A DNA stretch of 56,623 nt from positions 1 through 56,623 of the forward strand of contig DASSZI010000045.1 of the NCBI GenBank assembly GCA_035713565.1. Reading direction: 5' to 3'. The position numbers and the translations under genes were made by a program. The notes under the pieces are model-generated. The model saw only the letters and a program-made list of their open reading frames with translations, made no database searches and was not told the origin of the DNA. Origin of the DNA: Acidobacteriaceae bacterium. GTDB lineage: Bacteria > Acidobacteriota > Terriglobia > Terriglobales > Acidobacteriaceae. Position 1 is the first letter of the stretch. Each line of letters starts with the position of its first letter. Positions 9,296 through 18,861 of this stretch are shown one piece after another.

Positions 9296-10978
9296 ATGCC
9301 TCTATCCAATACACCCAATCCGCCGCCGATATCCCGAAATACCCCGATAAACGCAAAGCAAGTCACAGGCTTCGAGCCGCTGCAATCTCCGCTCTTTCGC
9401 AATCTGTGGATCGCCTCCACCATTTCGAATCTGGGTGGCTGGATGCAGGACACTGCTGGAACCTGGCTGATGACCATGCTTACAGCGTCTCCGCTGATCA
9501 TCGCGCTGATGCAGACGGCAGCCAGCCTGCCGGTACTCATCCTCGGGTTACTGGCGGGGGCGACGGCGGACATTTTCGACCGTCGACGCCTGCTGCTCTT
9601 CTGGCAAGCCTGGATGCTAGCCGCAGTCGCGCTGCTCAGTCTGCTAACTTTCGCAAACGTTATTTCACCCTGGGTGCTCCTTGTTCTCACGTTCTCGCTC
9701 AACATCGGCGCAGCCATGAACAGTCCAGCTTGGCAGGCGATCATGCCGGAACTGGTACCCCGCACGCAGCTCCCCGAGGCAGTGTCGCTCAACAGCGCAG
9801 GATTTAATCTCGCCCGCGCCGTCGGCCCGGCGCTGGGTGGACTTGGTATCGCTGCTTTTGCCCATGCGGAGACTGGCGCAGCATGGACATTCCTGCTCAA
9901 CTCGCTATCCTTCGCAGGAGTTATCCTTGTCCTCTATCAATGGAAGCGAAGCCCGTTATTCAAAAGCGCCCTACCTGCGGAACGAATTTTTGGCTCCATG
10001 CGAGCCGGACTTCGCTACATCCAATATGCTCCGCCATTGAAGGCCGCATTGATGAGGGTCTTCCTCTTCACACTTTTTGTCAGTGCGGTCTGGGCACTGT
10101 TGGCGGTCGTCGCGGCCCATGCTCTGCACCAAGGGGCACTTGGCTACGGAATTCTGAACGGCAGCATGGGAATTGGAGCGGTAATTGGCGCCACCAGCCT
10201 GCCGCGAGTCCGGCGCAAGTTCTCCGCTGACCAAATCATCTTGATTGCGACCGGCGTGTTCATCGCAACTCTGGTCGTACTCGCCTTCGTCCGATACGCG
10301 TCGATTATCATCCCCGTCCTTCTTTTCGCGGGTTTTGCCTGGACCAGTACTATGTCCACGCTGAATCTCGCCGTGCAGGTTTCAGCGCCGGACTGGGTAC
10401 AAGCTCGCGCGCTGGGCATCTATCAGATGGTTTTCTCTGGAGGAATGGCGATCGGCAGCATCATCTGGGGGTCGATCGCTGAACATATATCGACACCTGT
10501 ATCCCTTGCAGTAGCCGCAGGCGGCCTGCTGATTACGCTACCCTTAAGCAGCCGACTCCACATACTGCGCGGCGAACTGCCTGACTTGAGTCCATTTGGC
10601 TCAAAGGTTTTCGTTCCCCTTGCGCTGGAGCCAGAAATGTCCGACGGTCCCGTGCGCATTCTGATCGACTATATCGTCGATCCACAGGATTACAACGCTT
10701 TCGTCAAGGCCATTCACGAACTGAAGGATGTTCGATTACGGGACGGAGCGATCAGGTGGGGCATTTTTCAGGATGCCGATAATCTTCGCCACCTCAATGA
10801 AACCTTTGTGATGGAGTCCTGGATCGATTACCTTCGTCAGCGGGAACGATTCACTGCATCCGACCGGGCGCTCCGAGATCGGGTCTTCAGTTTGCACCGT
10901 GGCAGTGGGCCGCCTCGCATCACCCACACCATCTACGCCAAAGAAAGGGCTGACGAGAGTCCTCGAAAACAGGATTAG
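9296..10978 (+). CDS. MFS transporter (EntS/MFS_3-like) with C-terminal soluble ABM-like extension
   Basis: [28 protein letters not shown], followed by about 12 hydrophobic helices. The last ~109 aa ([25 protein letters not shown]...[18 protein letters not shown]) are hydrophilic. The start is uncertain: TTG at 9272 or ATG at 9296. Confidence 0.85.
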   Translation: MPLSNTPNPPPISRNTPINAKQVTGFEPLQSPLFRNLWIASTISNLGGWMQDTAGTWLMTMLTASPLIIALMQTAASLPVLILGLLAGATADIFDRRRLLLFWQAWMLAAVALLSLLTFANVISPWVLLVLTFSLNIGAAMNSPAWQAIMPELVPRTQLPEAVSLNSAGFNLARAVGPALGGLGIAAFAHAETGAAWTFLLNSLSFAGVILVLYQWKRSPLFKSALPAERIFGSMRAGLRYIQYAPPLKAALMRVFLFTLFVSAVWALLAVVAAHALHQGALGYGILNGSMGIGAVIGATSLPRVRRKFSADQIILIATGVFIATLVVLAFVRYASIIIPVLLFAGFAWTSTMSTLNLAVQVSAPDWVQARALGIYQMVFSGGMAIGSIIWGSIAEHISTPVSLAVAAGGLLITLPLSSRLHILRGELPDLSPFGSKVFVPLALEPEMSDGPVRILIDYIVDPQDYNAFVKAIHELKDVRLRDGAIRWGIFQDADNLRHLNETFVMESWIDYLRQRERFTASDRALRDRVFSLHRGSGPPRITHTIYAKERADESPRKQD

Positions 10979-11058
10979 AGCACTGCATTCTTCTCTACTT
11001 GCCTTCGTCCCCCGCACTCCCGATCGCATCGCTTTCTGAACTGGTTCATCCAATATGC

Positions 11059-12054
11059 ATGGGTACAGGATTAGCAATCTCAGTGTTGGATCTTGTTGGC
11101 ATGCAAGCCGGCGAGTCTGCGGGCAGTGCAATTGCCCGGTCGGTCGATCTAGCAAAGCACGTAGAACAGATGGGATACAAGCGCTACTGGCTGGCAGAAC
11201 ACCACTCCATTCCTGGTCTCGCATGCTCGGCCACCCCTGTGCTGATTGGGCATGTCGCAGCCGCGACGACCACGATTCGGGTAGGGAGCGGCGGAGTCAT
11301 GTTGCCGAATCACGCGCCACTGGTGGTTGCGGAACAATTTGGGACACTCGCAGCCCTCTATCCCGGAAGGATTGATCTGGGACTGGGGCGTGCTCCAGGT
11401 GGTGACTTCGCCACGATGCGGGCATTGCGGCGGGATCTACACCAGAGCGGAGAGGACTTTCCGGCGTTGCTTCAGGAATTGCGGACCTACCTGGGCCCGG
11501 AGCAGCCGAATCAAGTCGTGAAGGCGATCCCAGGAGAGGGAAGTAATGTGCCGATTACATTGCTCGGTTCGAGCCTCTTCAGTGCACGGGTGGCTGCAGT
11601 CCTGGGATTGCCGTTTGCGTTCGCGGCGCACTTTGCGCCTCAACTTCTATACCGGGCGGCACAACAATATCGAGAGCAATTCCAGCCAAGCGAAATTCTG
11701 CAAAGGCCCTATCTCATGATCGGAGTACAAGTGATTGCGGCAGAAACTGATGCCATAGCGAAACGATTGTTCACCACACCACAACAGCGCTTTTTGCAGC
11801 TCATCCGGAATCGCCCGGTGGAGCTGCTGCCGCCCGTGGATTCTATGGAGTTTCTCTGGCAGGACTGGGAACGCGCTGCCGTGGAGGACAAACTGGGGGC
11901 AGCGATTGTGGGATCGGATTCAACAGTAAAAGCCGGACTGGAAAAGCTGGTGAGAGACACAGGGGCAGATGAAGTGATCGCGGTGACGGATACCTATGAG
12001 CATCGAAACCGGCTGGAGTCGTATCAGCGGGTAGCCGGGATTCACTTTGCGTAA
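11059..12054 (+). CDS. LLM-class (luciferase-like) flavin-dependent oxidoreductase
   Basis: ISVLDLV...[75 protein letters not shown] is typical of the YhbW/LLM family. Start set at the ATG at 11059; the ORF maximum is a TTG at 10999. Confidence 0.85.
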   Translation: MGTGLAISVLDLVGMQAGESAGSAIARSVDLAKHVEQMGYKRYWLAEHHSIPGLACSATPVLIGHVAAATTTIRVGSGGVMLPNHAPLVVAEQFGTLAALYPGRIDLGLGRAPGGDFATMRALRRDLHQSGEDFPALLQELRTYLGPEQPNQVVKAIPGEGSNVPITLLGSSLFSARVAAVLGLPFAFAAHFAPQLLYRAAQQYREQFQPSEILQRPYLMIGVQVIAAETDAIAKRLFTTPQQRFLQLIRNRPVELLPPVDSMEFLWQDWERAAVEDKLGAAIVGSDSTVKAGLEKLVRDTGADEVIAVTDTYEHRNRLESYQRVAGIHFA

Positions 12055-12063
12055 TTCTTGAGA

Positions 12064-12465
12064 TCAGCGTCTGCCCCGGAATTGAACGATTTCGCGGCGG
12101 TCGCGTTTTGAAGGCCTGCCGGCCGAGATGTCCACGTAGGGCATTGCTTTACGCTCTTCTGCCACTTTCTGACGCAGTTTCCTACTGGCTTCGGTTTCCC
12201 GGTACAGCGTTTGGGCGACTACGGCTGGCCCACGAAGCTCACTCGGAAACAGTACTTCAACCTCGAAATCTCCACCGTCGTTTGTTATCTCCAGGAATTC
12301 TCCAGCTCGAACATCCCTCGCGGCCTTAACGGGCCGGTTGTTAATCCGAATCCTGCCGAGATCGCACGCGCGGGCGGCCAACGCCCGGGTTTTGAAGAAT
12401 CGAGCCGCCCACAGCCACTTGTCCATCCGCACCGAAGTCATCACTTTATTTTCCCATCCGTTCAC
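12064..12465 (-). CDS. hslR: RNA-binding S4 domain protein (Hsp15-like)
   Basis: VRMDKWLWAARFFKTRALAARACDLGRIRINNRPVKAARDVRAGEFLEI matches the Hsp15/S4 motif. The start is ambiguous between the GTG at 12465 and the ATG at 12441. Confidence 0.8.
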   Translation of the reverse strand: MNGWENKVMTSVRMDKWLWAARFFKTRALAARACDLGRIRINNRPVKAARDVRAGEFLEITNDGGDFEVEVLFPSELRGPAVVAQTLYRETEASRKLRQKVAEERKAMPYVDISAGRPSKRDRREIVQFRGRR

Positions 12466-12560
12466 CGTAAGTCCATAATGCCTGTCCGGCTCTTCTCATG
12501 GGCGGACTCCTTCGATCGAACTTCTCCTGGGATTACAAGTGGCGGTGGTATTCTCGACGC

Positions 12561-14621
12561 ATGTTGAGGGTCGCAAAAGCGGCGCTACTTGTTTTCTTTC
12601 TTGCCGCGTCCCTACTCCTCCATGCGCAAAATCGGAAGAATCAAAACACCCTAGTAATTCAGGAGTTAGGCAAGGGCACGGTCCGGCTAGATGGCTCCTG
12701 GCAGTTCCATTTAGGCGACAACCCCAAGTGGGCTTCCGCTTCGTTTGATGATTCACATTGGAAATCTACCGAAGCCTCCACTTCCTGGGGGAGTCAAGGC
12801 TATCCAGGATATACAGGTTTTGCGTGGTACCGTCGCCATGTCAGCATCGAGAACATCAATGCTGAAAGAAATATTTACGCTTTGCTGATTCCCCCCGTGG
12901 ATGACGCTTACCAGGTTTACTGGAACGGAGAGTTGATAGGATCGCGCGGAAAATTGCCTCCACATCCACGCTGGTATTACAGCTCGCCCTATGGCACCTT
13001 CGTTGTTCCGTCGCTCAGCACAGGAACAATTTCCATTCGCGTCTGGAAGTCGCCGCTTCTCTTTGTAGATCCCAGTTCGCTGGGTGGTATGAACGGGGTA
13101 CCACTGCTGGGGGACGCCCATTCGATTGCTGCGCAACTGGCCGCCTATAAAGCAGACTCGGAACAACAATTCTTGTACGACTACACCTTGATGGTGCTCT
13201 ACGGGGTTGTCACACTCATCAGTCTTTTACTGTGGAGCAGAAATCGCAAAGCACGGCTCTTTCTTTGGCTCGCAATTTTTGCTGCTACGCCAGTCGTTCT
13301 CTCGATTCTCAGGGGTGTGTTCCCGGTCCAAATCCCCATCTCGTACGCTTGGGGTTGGGGACTGAACCAACCCGTCTACGTGCTGAATCGTGTCTCGCTG
13401 TGGTTCCTCCTAATCTGGCTGCTGCGCCTAAATGACAATCGGACATTGGTGCGGTGGACGAGCGGACTAGCCATTGCCACGTTAGCGGCGGGAATCGTAG
13501 ACGGAGGGCTCGCATTTTTCTGGGGAAGTGCCGGAGCGTCGATGCAGCGGTTGGATGCTGTGCTGACCTCCTTTATCTTCCTGGCCGAAGTTTTCCCCCT
13601 AGTGATTATCGCGATCGGCCATAGAAAGCCGCTGGAGGGCTCGCGTTGGTTCTTTGCTGTTAGTGCCCTCGTTTCGCAGATGATCGACACGATCGCAGAC
13701 ATCAGCACTGCCGGGCAGCGCTTTACACGCTGGACTCTCTTTGCCACTATCAACAGACCGCTCTTTACTCTCAATGCTGTTACGTTCACTGCGGCCAACC
13801 TGGCAGCGATTATGCTTTTCGTTTCCATTCTGTACGCCGTCTATCGGAGCAGTATGGAGCAGCAGGCTCGACAGCGGGTGCTGGAACGGGAGATGCAGAG
13901 CGCGCGTGAAATTCAACGAGTGCTGATCCCGGATAAGCTTCCCTCGCTTGATGGTTTTTCGGTCACCAGTGCCTATCAACCTGCGCTGGAGGTCGGCGGA
14001 GACTTCTTCCAGATCATCCGCGAAGAAGCGGGATCGACCATTGTGGCACTGGGGGATGTGAGTGGCAAAGGCCTGAAGGCAGCGATGAACGTGTCGCTCA
14101 TCGTGGGGGTTCTGCGCTCGTTATCGGAGACGCAAGTGAGTCCCTTGAAAATGCTTGAGAAGCTTAACCATTGTTTGTGTGGACGGTTGCAAGGAGGCTT
14201 CGTCACGGCACTGATTCTGCGGCTCAATCGAGACGGCCAGGTAACGATTGCAAATGCCGGCCATCTGCCACCTTTTCTGAACCAGGAGGAGCTTGAAGTG
14301 GAAGGGTCGTTGCCACTCGGGGTGTTGGCCTCCGCAGCATATCGTGAAGACTGCGTGATGCTTCACCCGGGAGATCGATTGAGCCTGTATACGGATGGAT
14401 TGCTCGAGGCACGCAACGCAAGCGGCGAACTCTATGGTTTTGCGCGGTTGCACGCTCTGCTTGCGTCTGGGCCATCCGCGAAGGAAGCGACCGATGCGGC
14501 GATCGCCTTCGGGCAGGAAGACGATATCACGGTGCTCACGATCACGCGGCTGGATGCCTGGGAAAGGCCCACCACATCCCTGGTCACACCCGACCTGAAT
14601 CTCGAGCTAAACACCGTGTAA
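12561..14621 (+). CDS. SpoIIE/PP2C family protein phosphatase with extracytoplasmic sensor and multi-TM module
   Basis: A signal/TM segment comes first (MLRVAKAALLVFFLAASLLLHAQ). A galactose-binding-like 7TMR-DISMED2-type segment follows (SWQFHLGDNPKWASASFDDSHWKS...GFAWYRRHV), then about 7 TM helices. The C-terminal PP2C has GGDFFQI...GDVSGKGLKAAM...ANAGHLPP...LYTDGLLEA...DDITVL. Confidence 0.85.
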   Translation: MLRVAKAALLVFFLAASLLLHAQNRKNQNTLVIQELGKGTVRLDGSWQFHLGDNPKWASASFDDSHWKSTEASTSWGSQGYPGYTGFAWYRRHVSIENINAERNIYALLIPPVDDAYQVYWNGELIGSRGKLPPHPRWYYSSPYGTFVVPSLSTGTISIRVWKSPLLFVDPSSLGGMNGVPLLGDAHSIAAQLAAYKADSEQQFLYDYTLMVLYGVVTLISLLLWSRNRKARLFLWLAIFAATPVVLSILRGVFPVQIPISYAWGWGLNQPVYVLNRVSLWFLLIWLLRLNDNRTLVRWTSGLAIATLAAGIVDGGLAFFWGSAGASMQRLDAVLTSFIFLAEVFPLVIIAIGHRKPLEGSRWFFAVSALVSQMIDTIADISTAGQRFTRWTLFATINRPLFTLNAVTFTAANLAAIMLFVSILYAVYRSSMEQQARQRVLEREMQSAREIQRVLIPDKLPSLDGFSVTSAYQPALEVGGDFFQIIREEAGSTIVALGDVSGKGLKAAMNVSLIVGVLRSLSETQVSPLKMLEKLNHCLCGRLQGGFVTALILRLNRDGQVTIANAGHLPPFLNQEELEVEGSLPLGVLASAAYREDCVMLHPGDRLSLYTDGLLEARNASGELYGFARLHALLASGPSAKEATDAAIAFGQEDDITVLTITRLDAWERPTTSLVTPDLNLELNTV

Positions 14622-14696
14622 TTCGGACGCACAGCCGGACAATGCCTGACAGTTCCGGCGCATTGAGGTTCTCCCCAAGGACAATTAGGCTGGCCC

Positions 14697-14731
14697 GGGG
14701 CTGACGTGTGTCCGTGTTTCGCGTCAGCCCC
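14697..14731. terminator. Hairpin between convergent genes (candidate bidirectional terminator)
   Basis: GGGGCTGACG, a 15-nt loop, then CGTCAGCCCC, giving a perfect 10-bp stem. It lies between the SpoIIE stop (14621) and the stop of the minus-strand gene (14758). There is no clear U-tract. Confidence 0.4.
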
Positions 14732-14757
14732 CACCAGAACTACGCTGCATCAAATTG

Positions 14758-16926
14758 CTAGAAGGTAAGTGTTATCGGCGCAGACAAACTTCCGGCATAT
14801 ACTGCACTCACCGAATAGGTACCTGTAACACCAACGTCGAAATGTGCCACGCCGCCTCCGGTCAGCTTCGCTGACTGGTAAGGGGTGATTCCCAGATAAA
14901 GTTCGACGGAACCTGTAGCCGGATGCCCGCTTATGGGAGATATACTCACATCGACCCTGGTGCCCTTCTGCGTGATCTGGATACCGGTGTCGTAGGCGAT
15001 GACCGTGTAGTTGACGGATGTGGACGACTGGTTTCCGGCAGCATCGACCGCATGGACGGTATAAGTCTGGGCGGTGCCAGTAAGGGAGGCAGTTGAAGTC
15101 GGTACGTTGCTGGTGAGCGTACCTGTGCTCAGTGTTGGAGGCGAGATTAGGAGAGCCCCAGGCCCACCACAGGTGACCACTCCGGAACGTTCATCCGTGC
15201 AACTGTAGCTAGCTGTTACAGATTGGCCCTGAATATAGTCGCCTAGAATCAAAGTATTGGCAGCCGGAGACAGTGTGGGTCCGGAATTTACGATGGGCGC
15301 AACCGTGTCCACATTGATGGAATAGGTGTAGTAGGAGGTAGACCAGCTACCCGCGGTGTTCGTAAATTGGTATTCCTTGGTCCCGGCACAATCCTGAGCA
15401 TAGTAGTGGAGCAGATAATTGCCGTCGGCAGGCACCGTCAGCGTCTGCGATGGCGTCGCGAAACCAACTGCTTCGCCCACGGTGGCCTGCTGTGGACAAG
15501 TAACGACGTTTGTGACTGTGACGTCCCCGCTGGCTGGCTGGGCCGGAGTAGGTTGAATACTACCGGCCTGCGCGATTCCATAGGTAATGCTCTGGATCGG
15601 TGAAGGAATGAAGCTGGTCGGCGCAGGCACGACCGGGGGCACGCTGGACAGCGTCACACTTAAACTTCGAGTATTGACCCAATTGCCCGGATGCTGATTC
15701 TGGAGCGTGACTGTGGTCAAGTCTTCAGGAACTCCCGCCACTGCGATGAATGTGGAATTGGGATGAGACGTAGAGCTGAGCAGCGTAAATAGCCCAGGAC
15801 CGCTGAAGCTGGTGATCAGGTTTTGCGGGCAGGGCAGATCTTGCAGACCCGAAGCTGGGTCGAACGTACACGGACTACCCGTCCAGTCCTCGCTGGCCAT
15901 CAGAAGACCGATCCCTTGATGGCCCTGCGGTGAGAGCACGGGGCTGGGGCCGTCAAAAATGTCGTTGAATAGCTCATTCGGTAGCGAGGAAACCGGGCAC
16001 TGTGCGCCGCTTGGGGTGGTGCTGGAACCCGAGGTGCACTCCAGGGTGTAGACCGAGCATACCGCTATCCCGTCGATAAGTTCGCCGTTGTGAATCAGGC
16101 AAGAGGAAGTGGCAAACGACGTGCCGGCAACCATGGTCTGAAAGTCGGCGGGATTCAAGGCATTGTCCGTCACGTAGGGGATTGTTCCAGCCGAGATCGA
16201 TAATGTTCCCGCACTCTGCGCCTTGGAGAGGTCGTAAACGAACTGGAACTTCTGGGTCAACGTTGAATCGATGGGGTAGTTCTGCGTCAAGTTCGTGGCC
16301 GCCGAGATTACATTCCCTGTCAGGTTGACCTGCCCTGAAACTCCCGTTTGCTTACAGTTCGTGTTCAGGTAAAGAGATGAACTCGCTACGTAATCACCCA
16401 GGTCCACCAGGTCGAATGTTGCCAGCTGTGGGCCTGCTACGAGATAGCTGCTGATGTTGAGCGCTGGAACGCCGTAGGTACCTACCAGTTTGTCGAGGTC
16501 CAGGCCGACCAGGTTTGGTACGGCCGAGGAGAATCCCGATACGTAGCACTCCTGGGAGTGGTCGGTTCCGGTATCGGAGGTTCCGCCACCGCAGATGTCC
16601 ACGGGACTTCCGATGGCCGTCCCGATTCCGCCTGGCGTAACCGTGAGATTGATGTAGTTGTCGACTAAAAGATTGGCATTGGTGGTGCCGGTGGAGGGGG
16701 AAGAGGTAAGCACCGCCTGAGGCACCGACGGGCAAGTCAGGTTCAAGGTTGAAGTGTTAAAAGCGACCGGAGGAGAGTTTTTATTGGGCTGGCCCGTGGT
16801 GTTGCCTGGAGCCAGTCGCACATCGACCGGCCCGAACACTGCGACTGAATTCTGTGCTTTGGCGGGTTGGCAAACCGAAACCAGACCCAAGATGGCTACA
16901 AAATACCAGATTGAAGTTTGCTTCAT
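14758..16926 (-). CDS. Secreted Thr/Ser/Gly/Val-rich protein with Ig-like C-terminal repeats (hypothetical)
   Basis: The signal peptide is MKQTSIWYFVAILGLVSVCQPAKAQ. The C-terminal part resembles bacterial Ig-like domains (YSCTDERSGVVTCGG...YTVHAVDAAGNQSSTSVNYTV; VSAVYAGS). I recognise no catalytic motif. Confidence 0.75.
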   Translation of the reverse strand: MKQTSIWYFVAILGLVSVCQPAKAQNSVAVFGPVDVRLAPGNTTGQPNKNSPPVAFNTSTLNLTCPSVPQAVLTSSPSTGTTNANLLVDNYINLTVTPGGIGTAIGSPVDICGGGTSDTGTDHSQECYVSGFSSAVPNLVGLDLDKLVGTYGVPALNISSYLVAGPQLATFDLVDLGDYVASSSLYLNTNCKQTGVSGQVNLTGNVISAATNLTQNYPIDSTLTQKFQFVYDLSKAQSAGTLSISAGTIPYVTDNALNPADFQTMVAGTSFATSSCLIHNGELIDGIAVCSVYTLECTSGSSTTPSGAQCPVSSLPNELFNDIFDGPSPVLSPQGHQGIGLLMASEDWTGSPCTFDPASGLQDLPCPQNLITSFSGPGLFTLLSSTSHPNSTFIAVAGVPEDLTTVTLQNQHPGNWVNTRSLSVTLSSVPPVVPAPTSFIPSPIQSITYGIAQAGSIQPTPAQPASGDVTVTNVVTCPQQATVGEAVGFATPSQTLTVPADGNYLLHYYAQDCAGTKEYQFTNTAGSWSTSYYTYSINVDTVAPIVNSGPTLSPAANTLILGDYIQGQSVTASYSCTDERSGVVTCGGPGALLISPPTLSTGTLTSNVPTSTASLTGTAQTYTVHAVDAAGNQSSTSVNYTVIAYDTGIQITQKGTRVDVSISPISGHPATGSVELYLGITPYQSAKLTGGGVAHFDVGVTGTYSVSAVYAGSLSAPITLTF

Positions 16927-17223
16927 AAAATCGCCAACCCCCCGTTGGCCACCCGCAGTGATGACTCACGCAGGGCGTTAGGAGCTCGCCAGCATATTCA
17001 TGAACTCGTGTGGAATCAGTGAGCTATTGAAAATGGCCGAGGAGGGGGGAGCCTGGCCCAATAATAGAGGTAACTTCTGAGCGCGATTGTACCTTTGAAG
17101 TGAATCTCTGTCAATAGGCTGTTTGTAATATTTTCCACAGAGGCGAGCTTCCAATGTGGCTGGCGGCTACGTGGATTTACGTGATAGGCCGGCAAGAAGA
17201 CAGTCTGGGGAAATGAGCGCGTC

Positions 17224-17316
17224 TGGCGGAGAGAGAGGGATTCGAACCCTCGATAGAGCTTTTGGCCCTATAACGGTTTAGCAAACCGCCGCCTTCAGCC
17301 TCTCGGCCATCTCTCC
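17224..17316 (-). tRNA. tRNA-Ser (anticodon GCU), CCA encoded
   Basis: The reverse complement is GGAGAGATGGCCGAGAGGCTGAAGGCGGCGGTTTGCTAAACCGTTATAGGGCCAAAAGCTCTATCGAGGGTTCGAATCCCTCTCTCTCCGCCA. It folds with a 7-bp acceptor stem, a 3-bp D stem and an anticodon arm GCGGT-TTGCTAA-ACCGT (anticodon GCT). It also has a 21-nt variable arm, a T arm GAGGG-TTCGAAT-CCCTC, discriminator G and CCA. Total length 93 nt. Confidence 0.93.
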
Positions 17317-17326
17317 GCGCTACCCA

Positions 17327-17332
17327 AGTATA
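17327..17332 (-). promoter_or_regulatory. Candidate -10 box (TATACT) for tRNA-Ser
   Basis: The minus strand reads ...GTTCGCTATACTTGGGTAGCGC followed by the tRNA 5' end. TATACT ends 10 nt before the mature 5' end. I found no good -35. Confidence 0.3.
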
Positions 17333-17383
17333 GCGAACTCCAGCGATTTCTACCTTGAGTTTTGTTATGATCGAGGAGAATTC

Positions 17384-18754
17384 GTGCTTTGCAGAAAACG
17401 CTGGCGTACGAAGAGAGCCTCTCGTGGATTGCAATTCAAACGTTCGGGCGAAATCCCATCCCTGTCCCTGATCCGCCCGAGCGTCGCTGCAGATTTTGGA
17501 GCCGGAGAATCCTGCGTGAAGCAAACCCTGCGTACTACCATCTTACTGGTGGTCATGTGTCTGACTGCGGTAGCGGCGCTTGCGATTCGATACGCTCCCA
17601 CCCTGTTGTCAACCCGCTACCTACCGCACCGGTTCTGTTACCTCGCACAGCCATGGCTGATCTGGACCAATGCGCCCGCAGACGCCGCGATTTTTGTTTC
17701 CTATGTAGTGTTGTTTGAGTCGCTTTTCCTGCTGGCCTGGCTGGTGCGGTCTCAGCTCCGGCCGTATGTTTGGATACTCCTCGCGTTTGGCGGTTTCATT
17801 CTTACCTGTGGGCTTACTCACCTGATGGAAGTGGTGACGATCTGGTGGCCGGTTTATCCGTTATCCACAGCAGTCAAAATCACATGCGCGATCGCGTCGA
17901 TACCGACCGCAGTCGCGTTTCAGTGGAAGGTGCGACCGCTCGCGAGAGAGGTCAAACAGTACCTGCAGGAAATGCACACGAGCCGGGAGGCACTCGTCGC
18001 GTCGGAGCGGCTGGCGGCGGTTGGCAGGCTCTCGGCAAGCATCAGTCATGAGATCAACAATCCCCTGGAAGCTGTCATGAATCTGATCTACCTGATCGGT
18101 ACCCACCCGGCTTTGCCCGCCGATCTTCAGCCCTCCGTTCGATTGGCTGAAGATGAATTGAAGCGGGTGGCCCAGATCGCGAACCGCACATTAACGTATT
18201 ATCGCGAGTCTGCGCAGCCGATTCGAGTCAACCTGAGAGAAGTGGTGGAAGCTGTACTGACGCTTGAAAAAGCCCGCATCACGGCAGCGCGAGTCTCCGT
18301 CACATGTAAATTTGTCGGCGATGAGCCGGTCATCACGGCACATCCGGGCGAAATGCGCCAGATCCTGATCAATATTGTAGAGAATGCCCTTGCCGCCATG
18401 CCCGAGGGCGGCAAGCTTCACGTCTCCATTCGTCCCGGCACGCGATCCAGTCTGCAGCGGGGCTACAGCATTCGGGTGGCTGATTCAGGCAGCGGAATGT
18501 CGCCTGAGGTCATGAAAAAGCTATTCACGCCATTCTTCAGCACCAAGGGATCCAGCGGCACCGGTCTGGGACTGTGGATTATACGGCAGATTGCGGAGAA
18601 GCATGGAGGCCGCCTGCGGGTGCGTTCCAGAGAAAACGTTGGCACGGTGGTTGCGATATGGCTTCCGGCACAAGCGAACCTCGCAGACGGCCAAACGATG
18701 CAGGCCAAATCGCAGTACCATGTAATGACTCCACATCCGCAGGAACCTGGCTAA
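17384..18754 (+). CDS. Sensor histidine kinase with ethylene-binding-domain-like (ETR1 N-terminal-like) membrane module
   Basis: The GTG start at 17384 has GAGGAG 5 nt upstream. There are four predicted TM helices. Residues ~85-186 align to the ETR1 ethylene-binding domain: PYVWILLAFGGFILTCGLTHL against [21 protein letters not shown]. HisKA is present (ASISHEINNPL), as is HATPase_c (ILINIVENALAAM, DSGSGM, GTGLGLWI). Confidence 0.9.
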   Translation: MLCRKRWRTKRASRGLQFKRSGEIPSLSLIRPSVAADFGAGESCVKQTLRTTILLVVMCLTAVAALAIRYAPTLLSTRYLPHRFCYLAQPWLIWTNAPADAAIFVSYVVLFESLFLLAWLVRSQLRPYVWILLAFGGFILTCGLTHLMEVVTIWWPVYPLSTAVKITCAIASIPTAVAFQWKVRPLAREVKQYLQEMHTSREALVASERLAAVGRLSASISHEINNPLEAVMNLIYLIGTHPALPADLQPSVRLAEDELKRVAQIANRTLTYYRESAQPIRVNLREVVEAVLTLEKARITAARVSVTCKFVGDEPVITAHPGEMRQILINIVENALAAMPEGGKLHVSIRPGTRSSLQRGYSIRVADSGSGMSPEVMKKLFTPFFSTKGSSGTGLGLWIIRQIAEKHGGRLRVRSRENVGTVVAIWLPAQANLADGQTMQAKSQYHVMTPHPQEPG

Positions 18755-18861
18755 GGCGGCGGACACGGAAGCGCACTTCAGGTTTTGGCTGAGCGGCCTC
18801 CGAAGTCAGCTACCAAGTAAAATACTGTTACATCGCAGCCAGCGATCTGAGAAGGCAGACT

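Noticed and set aside
7243-9900. An 885-aa ORF on the minus strand, the longest form of the GH127-like gene.
   Set aside because: The N-terminal ~290 codons (9031-9900) are Ala/Arg/Ser-rich nonsense. They run antisense through the well-supported MFS transporter gene. A Tat signal (MNRRNFLRT) begins at the internal ATG at 9030, so that is taken as the real start.
14758-17316. Possible genomic island integrated at tRNA-Ser(GCU).
   Set aside because: There is no integrase, excisionase or transposase on either side. I could not find a direct repeat of the tRNA 3' end (tggcggagagagagggattcgaacc) in the flanking sequence by eye. The neighbouring genes look like ordinary chromosomal genes.
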